Numbered from the whole stretch's first letter, positions 1 to 12,544 are shown. The stretch: DNA of 62,134 bases, filler included, from Chiloscyllium plagiosum (GCF_004010195.1; 5 parts of one record of this genome joined end to end with filler, not necessarily neighbours in it); one strand, 5' to 3'. Notes: generated from the sequence alone by a model not told the origin. A program made the numbers and translations.

Positions 1-366
1 GGGGGAGGGGAAATGAGGAAACTGGAGAAATCTGAGTTCATCCCTTGTCGTTGGAGGGTTCCTAGGCGGAAGATGAGGCGCTCTTCCTCCAGCCGTCGTG
101 CTGCTATGGTCTGGCGATGGAGGAGGCCAAGGACCTGCATGTCGTTGGCGGAGTCGGAGGGGGAGTTAAAGTGTTCAGCCACGGGGTGGTTGGGTTGGTT
201 GGTGTGGGTGTCCAAGAGGTGTTCTCTGAAACATTCTGCAAGTAGGCGGCCAGTCTCCCCAATGTATAGGAGGTTACATCTGGTGCAGCGGATGCAGTAA
301 ATTATGTGTGTGGAGGTGCAGGTGAATTTCTAACGGATATGGAAGGATCCCTTGGGACCTTGGAGG
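1..366 (-). mobile_element. Penelope-like element, GIY-YIG endonuclease C-terminal region (decayed)
   Basis: Hand translation of the minus strand gives FTCTSTHIIYCIRCTRCNLLYIGETGRLLAECFREHL...HPVAEHFN...RRLEEERLIFRLGTLQRQGMN, a GIY-YIG signature (IYC...YIGET), with one upstream in-frame stop. Confidence 0.9.
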
Positions 367-735
367 AATGAATGAAGATTTCTCCAGGTTTCTCATTTCC
401 CCTCTCCCACCTTTTCTCAGTCCCATCCCTCAGACTCAGCACCGCATTCTTGACCTGCAATCTTCTTCCTGACCTCTCCGCCCCCACCCCCACTCCGGCC
501 TATCACCCTCACCTTACCCTCCTTCCACCTATCGCATTCCCAATGCCCCTCCCCCAAGTCCCTCCTCCTTACCTTTTATCTTAGCCTGCTTGGCACACCT
601 TCCTCATTCCTGAAGAAGGGCTTATGCCCAAAACGTCGATTCTCTTTCTCCTTTGATGCTGCCTGGCAGCTGCGCTTTTCCAGCAACACATTTTTAAGCT
701 CGGATCCCCAGCATCGGCAGTCCTCACTTTCTCCG
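367..735 (+). mobile_element. Penelope pseudo-LTR in inverted orientation, with a decayed hammerhead motif (610-637)
   Basis: Begins with a plus-strand version of the sequence ending the minus-strand ORF (atgaa...gatttctccag...catttcccct). Contains CTGAAGA-A-GGGC-TTAT-GCCC-AAAA-CGTC and ends gcagtcctcactttctcc like the other copies. Confidence 0.8.
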
Positions 736-3700
736 AATTAGAAATTTCAGTCTGGTTAATAAAAATTCTGAGAAATTCATTTTCTGCTGTCTTGGTCTTT
801 CAGTGGCTTTTATGGAATTGGGTCAGTTAAAACAGGATAGATGTGTGGAAGAGATGCAGAGTGTAGTTCCCTATTTGCTCATCAAATTAAAGCAGTGTAC
901 AAAATTTTAATTCGCTGACTGATAAAGTTTTTCTCCTGGTAGATTTGACTTTCTCGTATTCTCCAGAACTTGATCAATCCCATGTCTGCACAGGCACATG
1001 GGTTCATGACCAACACTTAACATGCCAACTTATTTCAGTGGCTTTTTTAAATATTGGAGGAAGTTGAGCCACCCACTGGTATCAGCCTCCTCTTGATAAG
1101 TGGATAATAAAGTGCTTTAATCAGTGCTACAGCATAACAGTACTCCAAGACAGTTTGCATTCTGGATAATAGTGATGTTCGTTCCTGATGACTTAGCAAA
1201 TAAACCCATCTTCAAGGCACTGATTTCATGGCAGAAGGAAGCGCAAACAAACTTCAGTGCAGTTCTACGGCTTTGTACTATAATTCTGGTGAGGAAAAGC
1301 ATGTATAAGTCTGACGAAGAGCCACACAGAGGCAAGACAAATGACAGGCATAGAGTAACAGATGCCTTTGAGTGTATTACAAGGTAATGTTTTACAAGAT
1401 AGTAATGTGATCAAGGGGGTTCAGACAATGTCAAAAATTGAAAGACCAGAGTTTGGTAAAATTGATTAACACACATAAAACAATGTGCAGGCAAAGTGTT
1501 TCTTTTTGAGAGGGTGAAAAGATTAAGATTAAATGTATTAATTGCTCAACCACGTTAGCTGTGTTACAGAAGCTTATTGATGCATAACCTAACTTGTACA
1601 ACACCAGTTGTTGTTTTGTATGTGCCAGAACAATTCATGCGTGGAGTTTAGTTACAAAGACAATACTGAGAAAAGCTTTCTATCTGATTTCAGTAGTTAC
1701 CTGTTCAATGCCTCATAAGTATTATACAAAAACTAGAACTGAACTGATAAGTTTGTAAAATGAAATCTAACTTGTCTTTGTACTATCACTTTACATTGAT
1801 GTTATATTGCAATGAAAGCTGGAGATAATAAGCATTATTGACAAAATAAATTAATTAATGCAAAGAAAAACAGTTATTTAATTTGGGGTGTTACTTGGTT
1901 TTATTTCATAAATAGGTTTTAAGTGATTTTTAATGAGAGGTTAAAAAATGAGCAATTCAAAATGCAGAAGAAAATGAATGAGAAAAGAGATGCATAACAG
2001 GCATGGATAGAGGGAGAAAGAAACTTAGACTGAATATCATTAGGACAAATGATTTGGCACAGCATGAGTCTCACAGTAAATCCAGCACATTCTGCACCCA
2101 TTGTGAGTAAAATGCTTTGCTGGAATATTATACAAGAAGCCCTAAGACGCAGTGAAATAACAATTGCAGCTGATCCGAGTGATCATAAATCATCTGCTTC
2201 AACAAATCACTTGTCTTAAATATCATTAATGTAGGAATCAGCAGACCACAGGATGGCATACATGAAGGACAAAAAGTTAAACTGACAGCATTTGTGACCT
2301 ATCTCCACAGAATGATTTGTGGTGATGCACAGTTAGATTTATAATACATCACAAAAAATTGCAGCTTCCTGGATCACAGGCATTCTTGTTGAACTTCCAA
2401 GCAAATCAGGTTCTGGATAGATGCTGAATGACAATCTATTTTCTCTGCTCTCTCATAGCAAGTCTTAACCAGCTGTCTGAAAGTCTGTACATGAAGCTCA
2501 AAGAAACATACCTGCAGACAGCCAAGGACATGCCCAAAAAACAGAAAATTCTACCCATTTACCTTAAAAGAGGAAGTATCTGAATGTGTGATAACATTGG
2601 GAGCTAAAAAGGGAATGAAGCATATATTTAAAATAATCAAAATAATATCTAATGTCACAGAATGGAACATAATAAGATATGTTCAGGTGACTTCAGAAAT
2701 TGTGAAGCTAAAATCTGAAACATATCTGTGAATGAAATCAAATGAAAGACTTCAGGATTTAAAAAAAAGTTCTAAGCAACAATGCTTTGCAGCCTCTTGA
2801 TTTTGAAAAATTGAACAGGTTGAACTCATCCATAAGTAATACAATTCCTTAAGGATGAGTTCATTGATGTGAAAAATTCCTTCTTCATGTGCATGTGAAC
2901 TTGAAGGATATACTCAAGGAAGGCCAATGTTTTCAGTATTATTTCCATGTGTTAAAAAATATCTCTCATATTGCAGGAAAAGTCACTTTCCAGAAGTTTC
3001 CATGACCACCATCATCTGATTATCCGCTGCAGGAACCTGCTTTCCTGACAAAACTCAATCTGAGGTGTGAAAAAGGATGCTAGGCAATACAGGTATGGAC
3101 CTGCATAATCACGCCGTCAGACAGAATATTGCACTTAATCTTAACAGCTTTTATGAGTGTTCAGAAAAGATGGGATCCAGGTTTTATAATTGAACAGGGA
3201 GATATTAAATAGACTAGTATGCATAATAGGTTAAGAATCTGTACTTGTCTTGTTTGAGGTTGTATAATGTTTCAGCTTCAGATGTAACCTTAGTCATGCT
3301 CAATGACTTATTGATCTGGACTTTGGAGCAGGTGTAAGCTGATCACCAATACCTCATTCAAATTTATGCTAAATGATTTGTGTCAAAAAATTAACATAGC
3401 ATTGCAGCATTAAATGCACAATTTTGGATTTATCCAATTAATTTAAAAAATGATTGAAAAAGTAATTAAGTGATCATGCAAAAAAAAATTAATTGACACT
3501 TATAGTTCATAAAAAATACTGGCAACTTAAAAAGATGATTTTTATCATTTTAAGCAATTGCTTACATTATGTTTCAAAGATGAATATGACAGTACTGCAA
3601 TTTACCTGAAATGTACATATAACAGTACATAGGGAATGCATTGTAAACTGTAGTGTTAATAATCAATGTCTTGAATGGACTGTTAAATACTACTTACTGT

Positions 3701-4234
3701 AAACTGAGTGCTAACAAGTTACAAAGATTAAGTCAAATAATTCAGTTTACAAATGAATCAGAAGAAGGTTGGTGCGGATGGAAGGGGTAAGTTGAAACCT
3801 ATCTGCTCCTTTGTTTGTCCGAACTGCAACGTTTTTACAATGAAAACTGGGTTAACAAAGTTAACTAACAATTCAAAATAAAGCAAACAAAATGAAATAA
3901 TTAAAAGAAAGACCATCAGTGTCATTGAAGCTGATACATAATAGATAGACTAGGAGTACACTGTCTGCCATGCCTATGGCCATATTTTGCTGATCCCATT
4001 CTTGATAGCCCAGTATATTCATCAGCTTAGCCTTGCCTGATTGTGCTCTGTTCACCTGAATCTCGAAGTAGCTATATAGCGTGTGTAATTTATCTGAGAA
4101 TGCAGCAACAGTTGAAACATATACAGTGATGACTCTCAGATCCATCTCTCCACCACCTTGCTCACCCTTCCACTGTTTCTGTTTTACTGGAATGCTTGTC
4201 TGGCATTTAGTATTGAACAAAAAGCAGAGGTTTC

Positions 4235-4345
4235 CTTTTGTGGGGCAATGGTAGTGTCTCTACCTCTGGGTCAGAAGTCCCAGTTCAAGACAGACCTGCC
4301 CAGAAGTGCATTATAAAATGTCCAAATGGGTTGATTCAAAACAAA
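4235..4345 (+). mobile_element. short tRNA-derived SINE fragment (decayed)
   Basis: Box A/B-like tggggcaatggtagtg...gttcaagac; related copies on the minus strand at about 40905-41010 and 47545-47625. Confidence 0.5.
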
Positions 4346-4366
4346 GTTAACAAGTCTGTAGTTACT

Positions 4367-4970
4367 GGGTGGAATTTATTAATGGTGATGTGGGCTCTGC
4401 CAACTGATTGGAGAATTGGAGAATAGCTGGGAGACCTATGTTGCCTTTACCTGGAAGCTTATTGTTATTCTGATTTAAACAGGTATTTAGCTGGACAGGT
4501 TGGGCCTTCCGCTGAATGAAGATCCCGGTAGAGCAGAAATACCACCGCTAAGAATTGTTGGCTAACCAAAAGAGTGCTGATGAATCTCACTCACAGTGAG
4601 TTGTAAGGAAGGGGAGGCAGCTACTGAAGAAGCAGTAATTGATGGCCTGATCAAGAGTGTGGCTTCCGATGGGTTCTCTTCTTCCTACAACTGAGTTCCA
4701 AAAATTGAGTGAACTGAAAAGGTTGACTTTACGTTCTCTCCAGATAGCAGGTACTTGCCCAATATTAGTTCAATATCATTAGCAGCATAAGAGGCCCTTA
4801 CACAGTCAACTAAATACCTCAAATAGTGCCTAGACAGAAGGCTTCTTGCTCCAGACTTAATCAGAGAGACGTAGAAAAGCAGTGAGATGGACAGTCTGAT
4901 CCCTCTTGCCTCCTGACACAGCCAACCCTGACCTTCAAACCTGTCTCCAAAGGATCATTAAATTCTATCC
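4367..4970. mobile_element. putative non-autonomous DNA transposon (MITE-like)
   Basis: Imperfect terminal inverted repeats gggtggaattta ... taaattctatcc about 600 bp apart; no coding capacity; TSD unclear. Confidence 0.35.
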
Positions 4971-5825
4971 ATTGACTCCATGATATAGCACTGAGGCCTG
5001 TTGTTAGACACAACTTTCAGCTTGTTAAACATTTTCAATCTCTTTCAAATACCTTTGAACTTGTGCCGAGGTGAATCGAGCTAACATGGAGCATCTCAAA
5101 AGGACATGCCTAATTTTAACTCACTTGAATGACCAGAGCAATCTTATTTCAGATTAAAATTGATGGTGTGGCATCCTCCAGTGTGAAGTCAGGAATTTTA
5201 TCATCTCTTTTGATGTTTAGAATACAGTAAAAACAACAAGTGCAAAGACATTTAGCCTTTTTTCATGCCTGCCAAGAAAAATAGGTCTTTACACACATAA
5301 ACATAACATATTATGAAAAGTGCTATATCATTTCCAAGACCATGATGGTTGTCCTTGCATCATAAACTACCTTGGGCCAATGGGAACATGTGAATTGGAG
5401 CAGGGGTGGGCTATTTAAACCCTTGAGGATCTCCTGTCACTCTTTTCTTATCGCAAGGATGGACAGTAGATGTGACATTGCAAACATCGCCCACATTCAG
5501 TGACGGTGAACAAATCAGTGTCCAAATGTCCCAACAATCTCTTTTAAGTTAAATTTACCTATTGTGTTTAAAGAAAAATGCATAAAACATGGCACAGTTA
5601 CAGGTTAAAAATAGCATTCAAGATAAGAAATTTGGGGTAGATACATGAAATTAAATAATTAACCCATTATTTTGGGCACTATGATTTTGTTAAAGAATAA
5701 AATTTTCTTCCATGATGTGAACTTAGAAGTTACCTCTGAAGCTTGAAAGGACCCTGGGGACAAAAGATGATTTTATATTCCCTTCTAAGTTATTCAATAA
5801 ATAAATAAATGGATAGATAGATAGT

Positions 5826-6055
5826 CATGTCTGAGTGGGTTTCTCCGGGTCTCTGGTTTCCTTTCACAATCCAAAGATGTGCAGGTTAGGTGAATTGACC
5901 ATGCTAAATTGTGTAGGGATGTGTAGGTTAAGTGCATTAGTCAGGGGTAAATACAGAGTAGGGGAATGGGTCTAGGTGGGTTACTCTTCAGAGCGTCAGT
6001 GTGGACTTGTTGGGCCGAAGGAACTGTTTCCAGATTGTAGGCATTCTATGATTCA
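5826..6055 (+). mobile_element. V-SINE (HE1-like), 5'-truncated
   Basis: Matches body and tail of the full copy at 10571-10896 (gtgggtttctccggg...ccaaagatgtgcagg...gtggacttgttgggccgaagg). Confidence 0.85.
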
Positions 6056-7469
6056 GTCACTAAACCAACCTATTGATGGTATATCCAAACTATCATGAAA
6101 ATGAATGACATAAACTTGTTCCACAATGAGTAGCCTGTTAGGAATAGTAGCATAGCAAATTCATTCTCGACTTAACTCTAGTCACTTACCAAATGCAGCA
6201 GAATTCATATTTGCTTTGAAAAGAATCAACGGTTAATTAAAGATACATGTTGTATGGCGTGAATGTATTCACTACTTATGAAGTTACCAATCTCCTCTTT
6301 TCCTCATATCAACTGAGGTTGAACTGTGATTTACTGTCGAAAGACTTTATTAAGGATCTTGACAAAAAGAACATCTGAAGGGATGGCTCCTTGTATTATA
6401 ATTCCCCCTTTGCTTCAGACATGTTCTTGAACAGTGGGACATCTTATTATTACATTTGTACAATGAATCGCCAGTCTTTACTGCAAATAGTAAATTAATG
6501 ATAACATAATTCAGCTCTGTAATTTCCCACCTCCAGCCAAACCATAGATATTTTTGTCAGTTGTTAATTACTGTCATATGGCTCTGACACATTTTTTTAA
6601 ATGACACAAACTGAAAGGTTTGAAGTCGGCTCCCACAGCGCTGTCTTCAGACACCTGGTGCGGCGGCAAAGGTTCCTCAGGAAGGCAGAAGATAAAATGA
6701 ATAACAAACAACATGGACTGAGACAGGCTAAGATGAAAGAGATCTAATCAGAATCATTTGCACCTTGATCACACAATACTCTGCTGTTAATTTTTTTTTG
6801 AGACATAAGCCAAACAGAAAGCAATGAGATCCAGAGAGCAGAAAACCCTATGAGGAGCTGTATCTGTGCATTTAAAAGTGATCCTTCTGGTCTATGAATT
6901 ATAGATAACATTTATGTTATGAAATGGCCTGGGGAAACACTGAATAACATCCAATGAATACAATGGCATGCAGGAATATTTGGGGCTTAGTAACATGCCA
7001 TTGTAATAGCATATATCTTTGACTGTGTGAGCCAGCACTAGTGGATATAGTTATGTAGAAAAGGAGTACCCAAGAGAAATGCAGAACATAAACCAAAGAT
7101 TTTACAGGTTTCACAACAATTTCATAGCAAAAGCTGAAAATAGAAAGCTGATCATGAATATGGAAAGTATTCCATGACGATCCAATCATAATTTAACAAA
7201 TGATGATGGGATCACATGAAATACTGTCCACATCCTATAGCGTCTTATATTAGATACAAAAGTCTTAAGACAGAGATCGCATTCTGGGATGGAAATCATA
7301 TCAATTTTGGTTAATAGTTATACTTATTGTGTTGATGAACATATATCATTCAAGAATCTTTACTGAAGTAAGTTGACTAATTTTCCTGTACTGAACTGAG
7401 ATTATTTCTTTACTATCATTATATAACAGCATTATAGTCAAAATTAGTGTGAACATCAGGAAATTGATT

Positions 7470-7590
7470 TGGAGATGCCAAAGTCGGACTGGGGTGTACA
7501 AAGTTAAAAATTGCACAACCCCATGTTATATCCAACAGACTTAATTAGAAGCACTAGCTTTCGGAGCACTGCTCCTTCATCAGGTGGTTG
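7470..7590 (-). mobile_element. short Penelope-type terminal fragment, family B
   Basis: Similar to 15988-16141 (gatgc...ggactggggtg...tccaacag...agctttc); carries a hammerhead core. Confidence 0.6.
7552..7586 (-). ncRNA. minimal type-I hammerhead ribozyme (family B)
   Basis: Minus strand reads CAC-CUGAUGA-A-GGAGC-AGU-GCUCC-GAAA-GCUA-GUG: intact core, 5-bp stem II, stem I CAC/GUG, palindromic AGCU at helix III. Confidence 0.8.
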
Positions 7591-7610
7591 TTCTAAGCTG
7601 GTTACAATTA

Positions 7611-7728
7611 CCTTGTTTCATATACTGTGTGCATTTAAGTTCAACACCCTCGGTATTGTGTTGACTGTCGCTTTCTCATAGTTGTCCCTTATCTGCTATG
7701 CCTGAAGTTAGATACCTCAGTCTTCCCA
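7611..7728 (+). repeat. about 118-bp direct repeat, copy 1, flanked by 12-bp TSD
   Basis: Roughly 86% identical by hand alignment to 8977-9094; TGGTTACAATTA at 7599-7610 and 7729-7740. Confidence 0.85.
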
Positions 7729-8976
7729 TGGTTACAATTAATTCATTTGTAGTTGACTTGAGGCAAGTGGAATGCACTTTTCAAAGTGTAAATCTTCCTA
7801 ATGTCCAAAATTGTAGGCAAGACAAATATAAGCATACAACCAAATCAAAGTGCACTGACTGCCATATTGAATGTGGACAAATGTAACCTGTGTAAAATCC
7901 AGATCTTCAACACTCATTTCCTTTTTGCTATGAATGCCCATGAAGTTGCAAAATTATGTCTTGGATTGTGCACACATTTCTGTTGCAAGTGGCATCAGAG
8001 TCCATATTGGTGAGGGAATCAACGTTGCAGTTATCATTCACCAGAAGTAAGCAAAGTTATCAGATTGTGCACTGTTAATCAGTGAGTGATACTAATTTAA
8101 TGCTAACACTGTTATCTTGGAGCTCAATACTCCTTCAGCGATCCAGCCAACACCTTCGCTTATCACACAAAGCTGAATATCTCTTCACCAGCAGTAGGAA
8201 TCCCCCATGGGTACTGGGTTTTCCTCAGTCACAAATGTATCAAACATGGTGAATACAAGCAACATGGAAGAATGATTGACTGAAATCTGCAAATTCAAAC
8301 TGCAAAAAGCTTCTTACTTTAAATTATTAAAGCTGGAGAAGTCATTCCTACTTCCCATAAACTTGATATGCCGTTGAAGGAAATTAATACAATGTTAGGG
8401 GAAACAATGTTTTTGGTCAACCAACTAAAACTTGTAAAGCTATTGTGTTTGGACAAAAAGGAATTTTAGCAAGAAGTTGCATGGTGGAGGAAGGAGAGGA
8501 GAATAAATTACAGACTCTGCCACAACAGATGGAGTTCTCATCATCTGATGAGTCAGTGGAGTCCAGGACAGAGATTTCTTTCTTCCTGAATGCTCCCTTA
8601 GTTGCAACAATCAAACTTTCATATTGACTGCTACATTTCCATTTGGGCTGTACATGAGAGAGAAGAATCATACAGGAGTTGCCTTGGGAGAGAACAGCTC
8701 TCAGAGGATGGCCCTGTGGCCCGAGCAATTGTTGGAGCAATTCTCTTATTTAATAAGCCAGTATGTGAGTCTTCTGCTATTTCACAAGGACATCCTCACT
8801 GAAATCTCTCATCTGGCACATACAAATACAACTTTACAGAATGATGAGGACTGCATTACGAAGACAGGTAATCTGGATTCTGAGCATTTATCCATCATAC
8901 TCTCTCCAGGCTGTCACATCTGTGACACCTACAACATTATACCAGCCAATTTCAATCTACACTACAAGCTCATAAA

Positions 8977-9094
8977 TTGTTTCATGTATTGTGTGCATGT
9001 AAGTACAACACCCTCAGTACTGTATTGACTGTCCCCTTCTCACAATTGTCCCCTTATCTGCTGTGCCTTAAATTAGATTCCTCAGTCTTCCCAT
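8977..9094 (+). repeat. about 118-bp direct repeat, copy 2
   Basis: ttgtttcatgtattgtgtgc...cctcagtcttcccat aligns to 7613-7729. Confidence 0.85.
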
Positions 9095-9209
9095 ACTCTC
9101 TATACTATTAGTTGTTCCAGAATCATTAAAAACCTCTTTTGAGCCGTCCCCAGCTTCAACCTTGTCCATAATCTTCCACGCAACTGAACACCCCATCCTC
9201 TACCAATAT

Positions 9210-9520
9210 TTAGATTAGATTTCCTACATTGTGCCCTTAGGCCCAACCAGTCCACACCGACTCTCTGAAGAGTAACCTACCCAGACCCACTACCCTCTGA
9301 CTAATGCATCTATCACTATGGGCAATTTTGCATTGCCAATTCACCTGACATGCACATCTTTGGACTGTGGGAGGAAACTGGAGCACCCAGAGGAAACCTA
9401 CGCAGACACGGGGAGAATGTGCAAACTCCACACAGACAGATGCCCGAGGCTGGAATCAAACCTGGGACCCTGGTTCTTTGAGGCAGCAGTGCTAACCACT
9501 GAGCCACTGTGTCACCCTAT
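9210..9520 (-). mobile_element. V-SINE (HE1-like)
   Basis: Reverse complement has the tRNA-like head (gtggctcagtggttagcactgctgcctc), V-domain body and (tctaa)n tail. Confidence 0.9.
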
Positions 9521-9524
9521 TTAA

Positions 9525-9650
9525 ATCCAGATTGTTAAAAATTGAATTCAAATTTCACTGTGGCAGGATTTGAACCCCAGGCCCAGAACATTACCTGGGT
9601 TTCTAGATTAATAGTGCAGTGAGAATATTACTAGGCCATTGACTCCCCAT
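9525..9650 (-). mobile_element. tRNA-derived SINE head (same family as 38947-39303)
   Basis: Reverse complement ggggagtcaatggcctagta...cccaggtaatgttctggg...ggttcaaatcctgccac. Confidence 0.7.
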
Positions 9651-9667
9651 GAAACTTATGAGCACAT

Positions 9668-10525
9668 TAAATAGAAGCATGAGAAGCCCATTTAGCCTCA
9701 AACCCGCTTCACCAATGAACAAAATCACAATTAATCTAATTGTGGCTACTTTCTTGCCTACGCCCCATAAGGAGAAAGTGAATACTGCAGAAACTAGAGA
9801 TCAGAGTCGAGAGTGTGGTGCTGGAAAAGCACAGCCAGTCAGGCAGCATCTGAGGAGCAGGAGAATTGATGTTTCGGGCATAAGCCCTTCATCAGGAATG
9901 AGGCTTCTGGGCCAGAGGACTGAGAGATAAATGGGAGGTAGTCTTCCTTGCAGACCAAAAACCTGTTCAACTTGCTGAAATATATTCAATAATTCATCAT
10001 CTACTGTTGTCTGGGGAAGAAACTGCCAAAGATTAACAAACCTCTGAGGCAAGAAATTCCTCTCAACTCAATCTTAACTGGGACAATCCTTATACTGAAA
10101 CTGTAGCCTCAGCTCCAGATTTCCTATAAGGAGACAGATCTTCTCCATACTCAGCCTGTTAAACCCACTCAGAACTTTGTGTGTTTCAGTAAGATGACCT
10201 CTCATTCTTCTAAACTCCAATGATAAGAGGCAGAATGTGTTCAGTTTGTTTTCCATAAGAAAACCCTTTCATCCCAGCAAGCAGCCAAACAAACATTCTC
10301 TGAACTGCCTCCATTTTAAGTACGTCTTCATAAATAAGGAGACCAAAGTTGTAGAGTACTCAAGGTATGGTGTCAGTAATGTACTATGCGACTGTACTTT
10401 CCATTCCACTTGCAATAAAGGCCAGCATTCCATTTGCTAACCTAATGACTTGCTATATCCATGGTAACCTACTGTGATTCTATTATGAGGACACCCAGAT
10501 GTCATTCTAATGTAGCATTCTGCAT
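9668..10525 (-). mobile_element. old CR1 LINE 3' fragment, interrupted by a PLE piece
   Basis: ORF 10074-10256 (SLEFRRMRGHLTETHKVL) resembles the CR1 ORF2 C-terminus. Confidence 0.75.
9768..9940 (-). mobile_element. Penelope pseudo-LTR fragment (family A) with hammerhead motif at 9868-9895
   Basis: Minus strand CTGATGA-A-GGGC-TTAT-GCCC-GAAA-CATC; flanks match other family A copies. Confidence 0.8.
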
Positions 10526-10570
10526 GGAGTCATACAACATGAAAAAATACCCTTCAGACCAACCAGTCCC

Positions 10571-10896
10571 GGTGGGCGGCACGGTGGCACAGTGGTTAGC
10601 ACTGCTGCCTCACAGTGCCAGAGACCCGGGTTCAATTCCCGCCTCAGGCGACTGACTGTGTGGAGTTTGCACATTCTCCCCGTGTCTGCGTGGGTTTCCT
10701 CCGGGTGCTCCGGTTTCCTCCCACAGTCCAAAGATGTGCAGGTCAGGTGAATTGGCCATGCTAACTTGCCAGTAGTGTTAGGTGCAGGGGTAGATGTAGG
10801 GTGGGGGTGGGTTGCGCTTCGGCGGGTCGGAGTGGACTTGTTGGGCCGAAGGGCCTGTTTCCACACTGTAAGTAATCTAATCTAATCTAATCTAAT
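10571..10896 (+). mobile_element. full-length V-SINE (HE1-like) with TSD
   Basis: Box A TGGCACAGTGG (10585-10595), box B GGTTCAATTCC (10629-10639), V-domain body, (TAATC)n tail, TSD CAGTCCC at 10564-10570 and 10897-10903. Confidence 0.95.
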
Positions 10897-11004
10897 CAGT
10901 CCCAAACTAACTAGTCCCACCTGCCTGCATTTGGCCCATATCCCTACAAATCTTTCTTATTTATGTACTCATCCAAATGTCTTTTAAATCTTGTAATTGT
11001 ACCT

Positions 11005-11305
11005 GGTGGCATGGCTCAGTGGTTAGCACTGCTGCCTCATAGCACCAGGGACCTGGGTTTGATTCCAGCCTTAGGTGACTGTGTGGAGTTTGCACATTCT
11101 CCCTGTGTCTGTGTAGGTTTCCTCCCACAATTCTAAAGATGTGCAGATCAGGTGAATTGGCCATGCTAAATTGCCTGTAGTGTTAGGTACATTAGTCAGG
11201 GGTAAATATAGGGGAATGGGTCGAGGTAGGTTACTCTTTGGAGGGTCGGTGTGAACGTTTTGGACCGAAGGGCCTGTTTCCATACTGTAGGGAGTCTAAT
11301 CTATC
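11005..11305 (+). mobile_element. V-SINE (HE1-like)
   Basis: Same head, body and tail as 10571-10896, more diverged. Confidence 0.9.
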
Positions 11306-12544
11306 ACTTCCTCTGGCAGTTCGTTCCATACACTAATCACTCTGTTTAAAAATGTTGCCCCTCATCTTTTTTAAATCGTTCTTCTTTCACCTTAAAAATA
11401 TGCCCCCTAATTTTGTATCCCTTGAAAAGATCTTCGCAATTCACATTATCATATTTGATAAACCTCTATGAAGGTCACCCCTCACCTCCTACGCTCCAGT
11501 GAAAGAAGTCCCAGCCTATCCAGCCTATTATTATATCTCAAAACCTCTATTCCCAGCAACATCCTGGTAAATCTCTTCTGAACCCTGTCCCAATTAATAA
11601 TATCCTTCCTACAATAGGGTGCCCAGAACTGGACACAGTACTCCAGCCTTGCCAACATCCTTTATCTGCAGTCTTTATCTATTTAAATAAAGTACTACTT
11701 TTCTATTTCCTCAAGCAAAATGAATAACCTCACATTTTTCCACATGATACTACACTTACTTATATCATTTTGTAGGCTATTAGAACAGATTGCACAGTTT
11801 CTGGGAGATTGAGGGAGGTGAAACAGATTCTGTGGTCCGTTGGTCTCACCCACTTTTTCAGCATGGCAAATCAAGCATCCGCTAGCCAATTAGCAGCCAT
11901 CTGCAGAACAGTCAGGCTATTAGTGCAGGGGTAGTGTGTAGGGCAGGATATTTGGTAGGGCAGTGATCAGCAAATGAACTGCAAGTCAGCCCATTTAAAG
12001 AATCCCCTGCCTCTCGCTGTTTCTTTATTTGTGACATCACCCTAAATATAGTGAAGAAGTAAAGTCAACTACGCAGCAAAATGCTGCCACCTATGTAGCC
12101 TTGGTCCCACTTGTAGAACTTTATGTCCAGTTTTGGGCTATCTCTCCCTACCTGGTGAAAATCATTCTAAATGTTTTTTTTCATGTGAGACTGCCAGGAA
12201 GCTGAGTGAACAAGCTAAAACTGCATTGAATTGTCTCTGTCAATCACCTACTAATTGTCTGTCTGAAAATGATTTGGGGTTCCAATTTCGGTGCCTTCCA
12301 ACATTCTATTTTACTGGAGACTGGTGGGATGGTGTCAGAGTCCTGATTAGTACCATCACTTATTATAAAATATAGGCCTGTGCGGCCTGTTGAAATTTCT
12401 TCACAGTTTACTTTCCTTCCTAGCTCTACAACCCAAGCAAATTTGAATGGAATATATTTAGCTCCATTCTTCCAAGTCTTCAGTATTGATTGTTACTGAT
12501 TGAGCTGTGGTAACTCAACAGTTAGTGTTTATCGATGAGGAAAT

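Larger units (their letters stand above)
10526..11665 (-). mobile_element. CR1 LINE 3' fragment hosting two SINE insertions
   Basis: CR1 tail and body (gtcccacctgcctgcatttggcccatatcc; aggtcacccctca; ccagaactggacacagtactcc). Confidence 0.8.

Noticed and set aside
13..300. 95-aa plus-strand ORF
   Set aside because: Antisense shadow of the Penelope GIY-YIG frame
1310..1345. CTGACGAAGAGCC...GGC hammerhead-like start
   Set aside because: No GAAA after the stem and no stem I
2440..2585. Possible exon after the acceptor-like ttttctctgctctctcatag, reading SLNQLSESLYMKLKETYLQ...
   Set aside because: Only about 40 codons, no recognisable domain and no partner exons
8417..9028. Cluster of overlapping ORFs between the 118-bp direct repeats, suggesting a small LTR element
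   Set aside because: No gag/pol motifs, PBS or PPT; the left repeat has its own TSD, so the repeats are not paired LTRs
9237..11283. Recurrent ORFs such as MAQWLALLP and THADTGRMCKLHT
   Set aside because: Spurious translations of V-SINE sequence
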